Origin: Squalus acanthias
Taxonomy: Eukaryota
NCBI GenBank assembly: GCA_030390025.1
Contig: CM059432.1
Coordinates: forward strand, 97,838,001 to 97,902,000
Length of the DNA stretch: 64,000 nt
Direction: 5' to 3'
Shown: positions 10,757 through 23,097 of the stretch, in pieces
Layout of the letters: every line of letters begins with the position of its first letter
Numbering within the stretch: the stretch's first letter is position 1
Made by a program: the position numbers and the translations under genes
Notes under the pieces: generated by a model
Database searches by the model: none
Seen by the model: the letters and a program-made list of their open reading frames with translations, nothing else
What the model was told of the DNA's origin: nothing

Positions 10757-13700
10757 CTGGAACAAGACCTGCTGCCAGCTGGACCTTGTGGCCATCCTTT
10801 CCCAGTGCCTGTCAAAGTCACCTACGCCATCAACTTTTTTGCCTCTGGATCCTTCGAGGGCTCATCTGGAGACACAAGCAGGATCTCCCAGTTGGTGGCC
10901 CACAAATGCATAAGACAGGTGACTGATGGCTTGTTTGCCAGGGCCGCCAATTATGTCAACTTTGCCTGCAATGATGCCAGTCAGAATGAGCAGGTGCTCG
11001 GTTTTGCAGTTCTGGCTAGCTTCCCACAGGAGCAGGGCATCATTAACTGCACATATGTGGCAATTAAGGCACCCCCAGAACATCCAGGAGTATTCGTCAA
11101 CCGCAAGGGCTTACACTCCATCAATGTGCAACCACAAAAAGATGTATAGGCAGGTGTGTGCACGATTTCCAGGCAGCTACCATGATACTTTCATCCTGCG
11201 GCAGTCTGACCTCCCAAACATCTCCACAGCTGGAAGCTCAGAGACAAGGGCTACCCACTTAAAATTTGGCTAATAATACCTCTCAGAAACACAAGGAAAG
11301 AGGCCCAGGAGCGATATGCCCAGGATGGCTCTGACGGAATCTTGGCTGAGGTGTGATGACACCTTACTCTTAAATGAAGCCTCCCCGCCTGGCTATACCT
11401 TCCACCACTTGCTCCGCTCAGACCGCTGTGGTGGCAGTGTGGCTCTCATCACCAAATCACACCTTGGTTTGTCCCCCTACTCCTGCACTTTCTTCTCATT
11501 TGAACATCTCACCTTATTCCATCCCTCTCACCTCTCAGCCTCTGCACCAAGCGACTTCTCATCCTCGGTGAATTCAACCTCCATCTCAATTCATCATGCT
11601 CTCTCTCCTCTGAGTTCACTAGCCTATTATCCTCCCTTAATCTCTCCCTCCATGTAAACTCCCAACCCTTATTCACGGCCACCCCCTCAATCTTGCCATC
11701 TCTCATGGCCTCGCTACTCCCATCGTGTCAATCGCAGATAAGGCCATCTTTGACCACTTCCTCATATCGCTCTTCACCCACATCCCCCTTCCTCCCCCCC
11801 GCCAACCCTACTTCCTTCTGTGTCCGCCCCTTGGAAAAAACTCCACCCCACTCTCTTACAACTGCACTTATGAAATACCAACTGTCCAGCCTTTGGCCCT
11901 CCATTTACCACATACTCACCACCACCTTTGATATCCTAGTCCCTACTAAAACAATTACTCTCTCTCACCCTGGCCGTTCCCCCTGGTGCAGCCCTCATCT
12001 TTGCTCCCTTAAGTCCAAGGGATGCAAACTTGAACGGATATGGCAGACAACTGGCTTAGCCATTCACCGTCAGATCTGGCTGGACCACATAAAGCATTAT
12101 TGGGTCCTGCTCTCGTCTGCCAAAATTGCTCACTATTCCAGAATCATTCTGGAATGCAAAGATAAACCCTGGCTTCTATTCTCCACTGCTAACCATCTTC
12201 TTAAACTCCTCTCCCCTGTCTCCTCCACCCTCACCTCCGACAACAAGTGTGAGGAGCTCATGGACTGCTTTGTCTCTAAGATTGAGACCATCCGTTCAGC
12301 CGCCTCTGCCACTTCCCTTCCTTCCCCTATTCCACCGGGGTAAACTTCCTTTAAGGTCCCCCCTGCCCTAGCCCTGAACTCATATCTTTCTCCAGTTTCT
12401 CTCCGATCTCCCCTCATGACCTCTCCGCACTCACCTTGTCCATGAGACCCACTTCATGCTCCCTCGACCCTATTCCCACCAAACTGCTGACCACCCAACT
12501 TCCTTTTCTGGCTCTCATGTTAGCTGACACTGTTAACGGTTCTCTCTCTCAAATCTGCCGGCATCAAACCTCTCCTCAAAAAAACAACCCTTGACCCCTC
12601 CGTCCTTGCAAACTACCGCTCCATCTCCATCCTCCCTTTCCTCTCCAAAGTCCTTAAGTGTGTTGTCCCCTCCCAAAACCGTGCCCATCTTTCCCGCAAC
12701 TCCATGTTTGAATCCCTCCAATCAGGTTTCCACCCCTGCCACAGTACCGAAACGGCTCTCATCAAAGTCACAAATGACATCCTTTGTGACTGTGACAAAG
12801 GTAAACTATCCCTCCTCATCCTTCTTGACTTGTCTGCAGCCTTTGACACGGTTGACCACTCCATCCTTCTCCAACACCTCTCCACCGTCATCCAGCTGGG
12901 TGGGACTGCACTCACCTGGTTCCATTCTTATCTATCTAATCGTAGCCAGAGAATCACCTGCAATAGCTTCTCTTCCTGCTCCTGCTCCCGCATCGTTACC
13001 TCTGGTGTCCCCCAAGGATCTATCCTTGACCCCCTCCTATTTCTCATCTAAATGCAGCCCCTTGGCGACATCATCTGAAAACACAGCGTCGGTTTCCACA
13101 TATACGCTGGTGACACCTAGCTCTACCTCACCACCACTTCTCTCGACCCCTCCACAGTCTCTAAATTGTCAGACTGTTTGTCCGACCTTCAGTTCTGAAT
13201 GAGCAAAAATTTTCTTCAAATAAATATTGGGAAGACCGAAGCCATTGGTTTTAGTCCCCACCACAAACTCCGTTCCCTAGCCACTGACTCCATCCCTCTC
13301 CCTAGCATCTGTCTTAGGCTAAACCACACTGTTCGCAACCTTGGTATCATATTTGACCCTGAAATGAGCTTCTGACCACATATCCGTGGCATAACTAAGA
13401 TCGCATATTTCAACTTCCGTAACATCACCCGTCTCTGCCCTTATCTCAGCTCATCCGCTGCTGAAACCCTCATCCGTGCCTTTGTTACCTCTAGACTTGA
13501 CTATTCCAAAGCACTCCTGGCTGGCTTCCCATGTTCCACCCTACATAAACTTGAGGTCATCCAAAACTCGGCTTCCCAAGTCTTAACTTGCACCAAGTCC
13601 CATTCACCCATTACCCCTGTGCTCGCTGTTAAGCAGTGCCTCGATTTCAGAATTCTCATCCTTGTTTTCAAATCCCTCCATGGTCTCGCCCTTCCTATCT

Positions 13701-14440
13701 CTGTAATCTCCTCCAGCCCCACAACCCCCAAAGATATCTGCGCTCCTCTAATTCTGCCCTCTTGAGCATCCCTGATGATAATCGCTCAACCTTTGGTGGC
13801 TGTGCCCTCGGTTGCCTAGGCCCTAAGCTCTGGAATTCCCTGCCTAAACCTGTCCGCCTCGCTACCTCTCTTTCCTCCTTTAAGACACTCCTTAAAACCT
13901 ACCTTTTTGACCAAGCTTTTGGTCACCTGCCCTAATTTCTCTTTATATGGCTCGGTATCAAATTTTTTGTCTTATAATACTCCTGTGAAGCACTTGGGAC
14001 ATTTTACTATGTTAAAGGCACTATATAAATACAAGTTGTTGTTGTTGTTGTTTTTGTTGTTGATACAATGAATGCCATATGACCATCAGATGTGTCATTG
14101 AACAAACCATCGGCATGCTGAAGATGTGCTTCAGATGCCGGGACAGATCTGGAGGCATGCTTCAGTACACACCAGCCAGGAGCTTCAGAATGGTCATGGT
14201 GTGCTGCGCTCTGCACAACATTGCACAGCAGTGAGGTTTGGACCTGCAGGAGGCACAAGACGCAAAGCACAAGTCCTCCTCGGATCGTCCGAGGAGGAGC
14301 AGGAAGACGAGGAGAAGGGGAAGGAGGAGGGGGAGGAGGAGGAGGGGAAGGTGGAAGGTGCTGCAGGAAATACGCCACCAGTGGCGGATATTGCTGCCAG
14401 GGATGCCCGGGATGGCCTCATTATTGCGAGGTTCACTTAG
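10757..14440 (+). pseudogene. Harbinger transposase of copy B (10757-11316 plus 14062-14440), split by an L2 LINE
   Basis: [37 protein letters not shown] and GDKGYP before the L2; resumes YNECH...VIEQTIGMLKMCFRC, CALHNIA and an acidic tail after it. Confidence 0.88.
11317..14061 (+). mobile_element. L2-clade LINE (endonuclease-RT ORF2, decayed, 5' truncated)
   Basis: ALTESWL (APE endonuclease); QSGFHPCHSTETAL; LLDLSAAFDTVDH; GVPQGSIL; KTYLFDQAF; (GTT)n tail; GATA duplicated at both junctions. Confidence 0.92.
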
Positions 14441-14717
14441 GTTCCACCAGTCCTCCCATCTAACAACCAGATGCAAATGTTATTTTTGCTCCCCCACCCA
14501 ATGCCACTAACACAAAGCAGTCCTGCAAACAACCAAGCCTCCCCTTTCACAGCTCCCCATTCCTCAGCGTCAATTCATGTCTTCCCGTTCATCACACAAC
14601 TGAAAAGGCCACTTGCCATCCAGCAAGCCAGACTGGGCAAGACATGAAAGTGATGCCAAACAATCATATTTATGTGGCTCACATATACAATAGAATCTTA
14701 CCATTCTAACAATGTGT

Positions 14718-17270
14718 AACTCACCCATGTGCATAACCTTGTGCGACTACAAATCTTTACTCTTCCTTTTCCTTCTACGAGGTGCTCCTCCTGTGGCTTT
14801 AGCAGAGGTAGAGGCAGGGTCAGATCCCTGCCCTGATATCTAAGATGTATTTGGCCGATGTCCTATGGGTTTTGGAGCATGTGAGGGCCCCGCCAAATAC
14901 AGCTCCACATGCACCTGTGCAGGGGCAGAGCCAGCCATCGGGACATGAGGCAGCATGTGGGGTACTGACGGGGGGAGGCGGGCAATGAGTGAGAAGTGGA
15001 AGCATTTTGAATGGAGTCTCTACTTCCATGTCCCCTTTCACCATCATCCCTCTCATGGCCCAGCTGCACTTCCCTCCTAGCAATGAGCTTGAGAGCACTT
15101 TGCTGTAGATCAGTGGGGTGCTGAACGGCCAAGGCTAGGGTATCGGTCATCCAATTTAAGGTGGCATTTGTAGTGTGTGAGCCATTGGTGAAGGCCTGCA
15201 TGCACTCATGTGATTGCCGTGTTTAATCCTCCAAGCAGTTAGCCACTCTTTCCATGGAAGAAGACATCATCGCAAAGGCCTGCAACATCATTTCACTCAC
15301 GCTTGAGCCGGACTCCTCCAATCTCTCTGCAAGCAAGCACAATGTGGCTGGAACACCTGGCAGTACATCGCACATTCTCTGCCGCTGCTCCAGAAGTATC
15401 CTGTTCTTCGACGTCCCTCGAGGTACAGCATCTGTGTCCAGTTGAGCAGAGCTTGAAGTGTCCTGCACTCTCCGACACAGACTCTCCACTGCTGTCCCTG
15501 TCTCCACCATCTGCTCTTGCTCAATTGTTCTCTTCTTAGGCAGTCTCTCGGAACCGAGGATGACTTGCATCCACACTAAAAATGAGTTCTCAGGTGACCG
15601 ATGAGTCCAATGCGGGACCTACAGTCTCTGTCACAGGTGGGGCAGACGGTGTTTGAAGGGGCGGGTGGTTGGGGTGCTTGGGTTGACGTGCGCTCCTTAG
15701 CTGTTTGCGCTTGGCTTCCGCTTGCTCCCAGCGAAGAGGCTCGAGGTGTTCGGCGCCTTCCCGGATGCTTCTCCTCCACTTTGTGCGTTCTTGGGCCAAG
15801 GATTCCCAGGTGTCGGTGGGGATGTTGCACTTTTTCAAGGAGGCTTTGAGGGTGTCCTTGAAGCATTTCCTCTGTCCACGTGGGGCTCTCTTGCCGTGTC
15901 GGAGCTCCGAGTAGAGCGCTTGTTTTGGGAGTCTCGTATCGGGCATGCGGACGATGTGGCCCGTCCATCGGAGCTGATCGAGCGTGCTCAAAGCTTTGAC
16001 ACTGGGGATATTGGCCTGAGCAAGAACACTGACGTTGGTGCGCCTATCCTGCCAATGGATTTGCAGGATCTTGCGGAGGCAGCGTTGGTGGTACCTCTCC
16101 AGCGCTTTGAGGTGCCTGCTGTACATGGTCCATGTCTCTGAAGCATACAGGAGGGCGAGTATTACTACTGCTCTGTAGACCATGAGCTTGGTGCTGGGTT
16201 TGAGGTCAATTGTGATGTGTGAGTCACCAGGTGAAAACCCAACTATCTGTCTTATAGGTCCCACCGAAGCATGAGTATCTGAGCTGGTGCATGATCTACA
16301 TGAGTCCTGTGATGGTGCACCCTCATAGTGAGTGACCTCCTCTGAGGAGTCGTCATCATCGTTGGTGAGCTGGACCACCTTCTGCGGGATGCATGTAGGC
16401 CCTGCGGGAGATAAAAGACATGAATGACACTGTCAAGGTAAGAAAGTTTTACATTATCATTACACACATGATCATATTTCACTTGCTGTTGACATCAAGT
16501 CAACATGACTGAGTGCCATGTGACATGCAGCCATCTGATATTTAAAAAGTCACCAGGTAGCTGGGGGGCACCCATCTCCCCATCTCCGGTGGCCAAGCAC
16601 GCCGAGACTCCGCTGATCTCCAGCACCTTCTCCTCTGCAGCTGTCAGTTGTGATATGGATGGGGGCGGGGGGCACCTCCAGTTCTCTGCTTCTCCCTCGT
16701 GTTCTGTGCTCTCTTCTGTAAGGAGGGAAAGAAAAAACCTATGAGTGAGAGTTAAGGCATGTTTTGAACGGATGGATGGAGAGCATTTGTTGAAGGTGAC
16801 TATGAGGGAGAGGCATGACATTACATAAAGATGAGGGTGAGAGTCAGTGGTGGATGGATAGGTGGGGATGTGAGGAAGTGCACAGACAGAGACGGATGGG
16901 TGCAACTGCAAGGTAAGTTGGTGTGAGGAGTGATGTGCTGGAGTAGGCTTGAGAAGGCCAAGGGAAGGGGTTGGGCTGATATGCACATCAGGATGTAGGT
17001 GAATGTACCATTGCTCTCATCTTTCCTAACCTGGTTATGTCATTGAAATGCTTCTTACATTGTATCCAGGAGCATGGCATCATGCTCCTGCTGCTGACTA
17101 TCTCTAACTATGCCTTCTTGGAGTCCCCAGCCGGCTTCCTCCTCCCGCCACTAGGGAACTGTGCATCCCTCTGGGTCTCGCAGGCACCAGCAGCACAACC
17201 GGGGAACTGAACCCAGGTGCAGCCTTTGACCTTCTTGACTCCATTCTTCCAGTTCCTTCCCATGGCTCCC
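14718..17270 (-). pseudogene. Harbinger Myb/SANT partner gene of copy B (spliced, decayed, RTE-interrupted)
   Basis: Exon 1 encodes SKAAPGFS...WIQCKKHFND; exon 2 ISQLTAAEEKVLEISG; exon 3 acidic DDDDSSEE and LEESGSSVSEMMLQAFAMMSSSMERVA. Confidence 0.7.
15529..16205 (-). mobile_element. RTE-BovB-like LINE 3' fragment
   Basis: QLRWTGHIVRMPDTRLPKQALYSEL...CPTCDRDCRSRIGLIGHLRTH; GAA-type tail; TCAATTGT duplicated at 15521-15528 and 16206-16213. Confidence 0.92.
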
Positions 17271-17599
17271 AACTCCAACCTCCTTCAAATTGCATGTTTA
17301 GAGTGTCCCTTTCATTACTGTAGTCATGCAGGTCGTCATCACGCCCGCTGAAGTTAATTGGTCAGGAAATCCGGAAATGGTATGGCAATGCAGTGGCTGG
17401 GTTAAAAAGCCACTGACAGACGCACTGCACTGAGATCTGGGTTTCCCCGCGCGCTACCGAACCCCACACCCACCCCCTGCGTTGCGATCTTGAAAATCCA
17501 GCTCAATGAATTAGTTTGAAAGACTGTGATTCTCGTTGCACAGACAAATGTGCCAGCCATTTTGCACACAGCAAGCAGAACCACAAAGGTAATAATCTC

Positions 17600-20500
17600 T
17601 GGATTACTACCTGAGCCACGAGCGAATTTGCATAGGGTAAATAAGATCAGAGAAATGAACGAGTGGCTCAAAGACTGGTGTGGGAGAAATGGGTTTTGAT
17701 TTGTGGGGCACTGGCACCAGTACTTTGATAAGAGGGAGCTATTCGATTTGGATGGGCTTCACTTAACCATGCTAGGGCTAGAGTCCTGGCGAATTCAATA
17801 ACTAGGGCTGTAGAGAGGGCTTTCAACTAAATATTGGGGGGCGGGGAGGGTCCAGGTGAGCGGGAATTTAAAAAGTCAATGAGAAATGAGAAAACAATAG
17901 AGCAGGATAGAGATAGGGAAATAATAACCAGAATGTGACAGGAAGGGACAGAATGTTTAAAAATAAGATTGCAACAGAAAATGGGGCCAAAACAAGGAGA
18001 AATGGTAAAAAGACAAAGTTAAAAGCTTTATATCTGAACGCACGCAGCATTCGTAACAAGATAGATGAGTTGACGGCTCAAATAGATACAAATGGGTATG
18101 ATCAGATTGCCATTACAGAGACGTGGTTGCAAGGTGAACAGGGCTGGGAACTGAATATTCCAGGGTATTTGACAATTCGGAAGGATAGACAGAAAGAAAA
18201 GGGAGGTGGGGTGGCTTTTTTGGTAAAGAATGGGATCAGTGCAGTGGTGAGAAGTGATATTGGCTCAGAAGATCAAGATGTAGAATCAGTTTGGGTGGAG
18301 ATAAAAAATAAGGGGAAAAAGTCTCTGGTGGGTGTAGTCTACAGGCCCCCGAACAGTAACAATACTGTTGGACAGAGTACAAATCCACAAATAATGGAGG
18401 CCTGTAAAAAAGGTACGGTAATAATCATGGGTGATTTTAATCTCCATATTGATTGGACAAATCAAATTGGCCATGGTAGCCTTGAGGAGGAGTTCATAGA
18501 GTGCATCCAGGATGGTTCCTAGAACAGTATGTAATGGAACCAACCAGGGAGCAGGCTATCTTGGATCTGGTACTGTGTAATGAGACAGAATTAATAAATG
18601 ATCTCATAGTAAAGGATCCTCTAGGAAAGAGTGATCATAACATGGTTGAATTTCAAATTCAGTTGGAAGGTGAGTAAGTTGTATCTAAAACCAGTGTCCT
18701 GATCTTAAACAAAGGTAATTACAATGGCATGAGGGCAGAACTGGCTAAAGTGGACTGGAAAAATAAATTAAACGGTAAGACAGTTGAAATGCAGTGGCGG
18801 ACATTTAAGAAGATATTCCATAACTTTCAACAAAAATATATTCCAGTGAGAAAGAAAGATTTTAAGAGAAGGGAGCACCATCCGTGGCTAACTAAGGAAG
18901 TAAAGGATGGTATCAAATTGAAAACGAAGGCATACAATGTTGCCAAGATTGGTGGGAGGCCAGTGGATTGGGAAATTTTTAAAAACCAGCAAAGGATGAC
19001 TAAAAAAATAATAAAGAGAGAGAAGATGAATTATGAGAGTAAAATGGCAAGAAATATTAAAACAGATCGTAAGAGCTTCTACATGTATATAAAAAGGAAG
19101 AGAGTAGCTAAAGTAAACATTGGTCCCTTAGAGGATGAGACTGGGGAATTAATAATGGGGAACGAGGAAATGGCAGAGACTCTGAACAAATATTTTGTAT
19201 CTGTCTTCACGGTAGAAGACACTAACAATATCCCAATAATGGATAATCAAGGGGCCACAGGGAGGGGGGAACTAAAGACAATCACTATCACTAAGGAAAA
19301 AGTACTTGGTAAAATAATGGGACTAAAAGATGACAAGCCCCCTGTACCAGATGGCCTGCATCCCAGGGTCTTAAAAGAAGTGGCTGCAGAGATAGTGGAT
19401 GCATTGGTTGCCCTATACCAAAATTCCCTGGACTCTGGAGAGGTCCCAGGGGATTGGAAAACCGTAAATGTAATACCCCTATTTAAGAAAGAAGGGAGAC
19501 AGAAAGCAGGAAACTATAGACCAGTTAGCCTAACATCTGTCGTTGGGAAAATGCTGGAGTCCTTCATTAAGGAAGCAGTAGCAGGGCATTTGGAAAATCA
19601 TAATGCAGTCAAGCAGAGTCAGCACGGTTTTATGAAAGGGAAATCATGTTTAATAAATTTGCTGGAGTTCTTTGAGGATGTAACGAGTAGGGTTGACAAA
19701 GGTGAACCGTTGATTGTGGTGTATTTGGATTTCCAGAAGGCATTCGATAAGGTGCCACATAAAAGGTTACTGCATAAGATAAGAGCTCACGGAGTTGGGG
19801 GTAATATATTAGCATGGATAGAGAATTGGCTAACTAACAAAAAGCAGAGAGTAGGGATAAAGGGGTCATTTTCCGGTTGGCAATCGCTAACTAATGGGAT
19901 GCCACAGAGATCGGTGCTGGGGCCTCAACTATTTACAATCTACATTAATGACTTGGATGAAGGGACCGAGTGTAATGTAGCCAAATTTGCGGATGATACA
20001 AAGATGGGTGGGAAAGCAAGTTGTGCATAGGACTCAAAGATTCTGCAAAGGGATATAGACAGGCTAAGCGAGTGGGCAAACATTTGGCAGATGGAATATA
20101 ATGTGGGAAAATGCAAGGTTATCCACTTTGGCAGGAAAAATAAAAAAGCAAATTATTATTTAAATGGAGAGAGATTACAAAATGCTACAGTTCAGAGGGA
20201 CCTGGGGGTCCTTGTGCACGAAACACAAAAAGTTAGCATGCAGGTACAGCAAGTAATCAAAAAGGCAAATGGAATGTTGGCCTTTATTGCAAGGGGGTTG
20301 GAGTATAAAAGCGGGAAGTCCTGCTACAACTGTACAGGGTATTGGTGAGACCACACCTTGAGTACTGCGTACAGTTTCGGTCTCCTTATTTAAGGAAGGA
20401 TATACTTGCATTGGAGGCAGTTCAGAGACGATTCAGTAGGTTAATTCCAGAGCTGAGGGGGTTGACTTATGAAGGAAGGCTGAGCAGGTTGGGCCTAGAC

Positions 20501-20917
20501 TCATTGGAATTTAGAAGAATGAGAGGTGATCTTATTGAAACATATAAGATACTGAGGGGGCTCGACAAGGTAGATGCAGAGAGGATGTTTCCCCCCGTGG
20601 GGAAATCTAGAACTCGGGGGCATAGTTTCAGGATAAAGGGTCGCCCTTTTCGAACTGAGATGAGGAGGAATTTCTTCTCAGAGGGTCATAAATCTGTGGA
20701 ATTCTCTGCCCCAGAGAGCCGTGGAGGCTGGGTCATTAAATACATTTAAGGTGGAGATAGACAGATTTTTGCAAGATAAGGGAGTGAAGGGTTATGGGGA
20801 GCGGGCAGGGAAGTGGCTTTGAGCCCAAGATCATCATGATCTTATTGGATGGTGGAGCAGGTTCGAGGGGCCAAGTGGCCTATTCCTGCTCCTATTTCTT
20901 ATGTTCTTATATTCTTA
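17600..20917 (+). mobile_element. CR1/HER1 LINE: ORF1 end plus nearly complete ORF2 (endonuclease + RT) with stops and frameshifts
   Basis: YLNARSIRNK, ITETWL, VYRPP, GDFN, QHGFMKGKSCL, KFADDTK; tail TTCTTATGTTCTTATATTCTTATG. Confidence 0.95.
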
Positions 20918-20964
20918 TGATGAATGACCTGCCAATCTGCTTGTATTTGGCAGTGTTGCTTAAG

Positions 20965-21145
20965 AAAGAAGGAAAGACTTGAACTTACTTTGCTCCTTCC
21001 ACAACCTTAGGACGTCCCAAAACGTTTTACTGTAAATGAAATACTTTTGGTTGAGGGAGATATAATGGCAAGACCCTGAAAGAGTGCTATCAGATCGTGA
21101 ATGTACACCTGAACCACCGGACGGTCCCTCAGTTTAACTTCTGTA
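20965..21145 (-). mobile_element. Degraded DeuSINE-like fragment
   Basis: AAAGACTTGAACTTAC...GGACGTCCCAAAACGTTTTAC resembles the reversed SINE tail. Confidence 0.5.
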
Positions 21146-21951
21146 GATCAGGGGCTTCCTGCTGATACTGACAGTTTCAGGGAATGGACAGAAAATCCCA
21201 CGAGGCCAACTAACCCCCCCACCAAATTCCCAATGTCTGCTCCCGGTGCCCGAAGCTTCATGCTAGGAGCACATGTTCATAAAATCTATCCTTAATTGTT
21301 GAAAAGATAGTCCCCATCCCAGAATCCTTGACTTTTCTATTATTTGCTCCTTCAAATTGAGTCTTTCATTAAGATTACAGAAGCATCCACAAATTGATAA
21401 CTTATTATTATCCTTCTCCCCTCTCACCCAATTGCAGAGAATCACAAAAAATATTGGAGGAAAAATTCAGTTGGTTAGCGTCTGGCGGGGGCACTAATGG
21501 GGCGCTGATGCAGTAGCGCTGGGGCGAGGCGAATCTAGCGACGCACAACAAATCCACCCCCCCCCACCCCATTGTGCCGCAGCTACCAGTTACCGCCGGG
21601 GACCTCACTGCCAGGCAGATCATGACGTTAGTGCGCGTGCAAAACTCACTGGGCACCCGATCTGCCAAATTCATTTTCGCCCCCTGTCTTAGCGCCTCGC
21701 CCCGACTGCGACAGGGAGAGGAGGCGTCAAGCAGGTGGATGCCGGCCCCGGGGCGATATTTAAAGGCATCTTCAGTAATGAGTCGCAGCTGTCAAGTTAG
21801 TGCTGTTTCACTGCTTCCTTGTCAGTTTGACATTCTGCAACAGTTTAATTCAGTCATTTAAAGGTTGTTTAGTATCAGGAGTTTTGTGGCTACTAACAAT
21901 TAGTTACATTTATTCTCACAACATATCAAGCTGCTACACTTGGTTACATTA

Positions 21952-23097
21952 ATGGGGGCTGTACTGGCAGTCGACCTCGCCCTCCAGGATCTACGGCAGA
22001 GGGAGCGGAGGCAGCGAGGAAGACTAGAACATGTGGCCAAAGGGAGGAGAAGGGCCAATGAGAGCTCTCAACAGGAGGCCTTACCCTCAGAGGGTATTCC
22101 GAGAGCACTTCTCCTACCTCCAAGTAAGCAAGGAGCAGTGTATTAGAAGGCTCCACTTCAGCAAGGAGGTGGTCACAGAACTCTGCCACCTCCTGCAACC
22201 AGACTTCCAGCCTCAGATCAGGGCGACCACGGCTCTCTCAGTGGCAGTCAAGGTCACCGTCACCCTCAATTTCTACGCTAGCGGATCCTTCCAGTCTGCA
22301 ACAAGCGACATAGCTAACATCTCGCAGTTCACCGTCCAGCACTGCATCCGGGAGGTCACATAAGCTCTCTACAGTAGGAGAAGGGACTACATTTCCTTTC
22401 ACCAGAGAGAAGCAGGATGAATGTGCATGTGTCTTTGCCAGGATAGTGGGCTTTCCCATGGTGCAGGGCGCCATTGACTGCACCCATGTGGCTTTGTGGG
22501 CACCGCATAACAATCCTGAGATCTTCCGTAACCACAAAGGCTACCTCTCACTTAATGTGCAGTTGGTGTGCGACCACACACAGCAAATCCTCACCGTCAA
22601 TGCCCGCTATCCTGGCAGCAGCACAATGCCTTCATCCTGTGCCAGCATTCTTCCAGCCACCACATCAAGCTCACGGCTGGCTACGCGGAGACAAGGGCTA
22701 TCCGCTGGCCACCTGGCTCATGACTCCCCTCCGCAACCCCAACACTCTTGTCCAGCACTCATACACTGAGAGCCATGCTGCCACCAGGAACATCATTGAG
22801 CAGACCATCGGGGTGCTCAAGTAACGGTTCCTCTGCCTTGACCACTCGGGAGGAGCCCTGCAGTACTCGGCTGAGCGGGTGTCCCATTTCGTGGTGGTCT
22901 TCTGAATGCTCCACAACTTGGCCATCATGAGGGCACAGCCCTTGCCACCAGGGATTGTGGGACCACCTCAGGAGGAGGAAGAGTGAGAGGAGGAGGAGGA
23001 GGACGAGGAGGAACAGGAGCGAGGGAGGAGAAAGCCACTCAATCGGCCTTCCGGAAGGTCGGTCCATGACCAGCTCATCAGACTGTCGTTCGAATAA
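21952..23097 (+). pseudogene. HARBI1-like Harbinger transposase, full-length but disrupted
   Basis: MGAVLAVDLALQD...; RRPYPQRVFRE; GFPMVQGAIDCTH (D), GDKGY (D), RNIIEQTIGVLK (E); LHNLAI; acidic tail. Confidence 0.92.

Larger units (their letters stand above)
9956..17504. mobile_element. PIF/Harbinger transposon copy B, inserted in a reverse-strand DeuSINE; carries CR1, SINE, L2 and RTE insertions
   Basis: AAT duplicated at 9953-9955 and 17505-17507. The flanks rejoin as a continuous reversed SINE tail (CAAAGTGCTTTTACTGAC-AAT-GAATTAGTTTG...GCAGCCATTTTGCACACAGCAAG). Transposase on +, Myb gene on -. Confidence 0.75.

Noticed and set aside
15590..16378. 262-aa Myb-RTE fusion protein
   Set aside because: Chance in-frame junction created by RTE insertion into a dead exon.
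21952..23097. Host HARBI1 gene
   Set aside because: Multiple stops and frameshifts, flanked by TIRs and a TSD, with several paralogs in the window; these are transposon copies.
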